Assembly: GCA_024679065.1 (NCBI GenBank)
Contig: JAGIQG010000023.1
Span: 38,812,001-38,876,000, forward strand
DNA length: 64,000 bases
Source of the DNA: Sphyrna mokarran
Taxonomy: Eukaryota
Direction of reading: 5' to 3'
In this document: positions 62,950 to 64,000 of the stretch, piece by piece
Layout: each line of letters begins with the position of its first letter
Position numbering within the stretch: the stretch's first letter is position 1
Made by a program: the position numbers and the translations under genes
Notes under the pieces: generated by a model
Told to the model about the DNA's origin: nothing
Databases searched by the model: none
The model's input: only the letters and a program-made list of their open reading frames with translations

Positions 62950-64000
62950 ACAAAGAACAAAACAGCACGGGAAACAGGCCCTTCGGCCCAACAAGCCCAC
63001 ACCGCCACCCCGATGTTCCCACCTCTACCCGGGATCCCTGTCTATGTTTATAGATCTATGGATTAAAAACCAAATTTGAGACAATTTAGGGAGAATTTGT
63101 TTTGCCGATTAGCCTAAGAGCGTATCTTTGGGATGAGAGGAAACCGGAGCACCCGGAGAAAACCCACACAAGCACAGGGAGAATGCGCAAACTCCCACAG
63201 ACACAGGCCCAAATCCATGTATCTGCACAGCACAGCGATAGTCACTGAGCTGTCGTGTTGCCCATCAAATGGTCCAGGTCAGGCGTACACTAATGATGTG
63301 AAGCACTAAGATACAGTCAAAAAAAATCCAAGAGCAGCGCTCTCACGACCCATCGCATGTATGCCCCTTGTTAAACAACAAGGTGGACCAAAGTATCTGT
63401 AGGATAAAAACAAGTACATCAATATCATCTATTTACACACTTCCCAGGGACTCCCAAGGCTCATGATCCCTATTTTAAATCAGTTTTCTATACTCCATTC
63501 CCATTCTGTTCATGTGCCCATCTAAGTATCTCTTAAATAACTCGAGTGCCTGCCTCCACCACTTGGCAGCGCATTCCATACCCCACCACCCTCTGTGTGA
63601 AAAAACTCCCTCTAGCATCCAAATTATACCTTATCCCCCCTCACCCGAAGCCTGTGACCCCTTGTGCTATTCGAGTCCATCCTAGGGAAAAAGCTTAACC
63701 CTGTTTACTCTATCTATACCCCTCAATCTTGTACACCTCTATTAGATCTCCTCTAAGTCCACGTCTGTCTAAGGAAAACAGTCCCAATTTGACTAACCTC
63801 TCCTCGTAACTCAGACCTTCCATACCAGGCAGCATCCTGGTAAACCTCCTCTGCACTCTCTCCAGAGTCTCCACGTCCTTCCGGTAGTAAGGCGACCAGA
63901 ACTGGACGCAGTATTCCAAATGAGGTCTAACTAATGTTTTATACAACTGCAACATTAAAGGCCAGCTCTTGTACTCTATACCCCTTCCTATAAAGGCTAG
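62950..64000 (-). mobile_element. Chimeric CR1/V-SINE LINE family, copy 3 (runs off the window); CR1 ORF2 C-terminus plus ~530-nt 3' UTR
   Basis: Minus-strand frame open from the window edge: LAFIGRGIEYKSWPLMLQLYKTLVRPHLEYCVQFWSPYYRKDVETLERVQRRFTRMLPGMEGLSYEERLVKLGLFSLDRRGLRGDLIEVYKI, then frameshifts. CpGs are still present, suggesting a young copy. Confidence 0.93.

Overview
This is AT-rich vertebrate genomic DNA. The repeat content (HE1-like V-SINEs, CR1/HER1-like LINEs, Penelope-like elements) points to a shark or other elasmobranch. The window lies inside one + strand gene, CSDE1/UNR (cold shock domain RNA-binding protein). Twelve coding exons with canonical GT-AG ends splice in frame into 536 codons: 12341-12487 (alternative upstream-ATG exon adding 46 aa), 14381-14579, 18274-18383, 23903-24001, 36461-36558, 40070-40151, 42837-42965, 44684-44809, 46352-46564, 47000-47140, 48094-48258 and 59380-59487. 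No promoter or first exon was recognised, and the 3' exons lie beyond the window. Most short ORFs in the ORF track are noise or retroelement fragments. Highlights: (1) a candidate 12-nt in-frame microexon (KKEK, 50990-51001) with SRRM3/4-type and RBFOX-type signals; (2) three copies of a young CR1-type LINE whose 3' UTR contains a V-SINE-derived segment; (3) Penelope-derived fold-back hairpins with 51- and 82-bp arms that turn near a degenerate hammerhead motif; (4) QKI/RBFOX motif clusters around the N-terminal extension exon. Repeat boundaries were estimated by eye, and comparisons with human CSDE1 are from memory, not from a database search.
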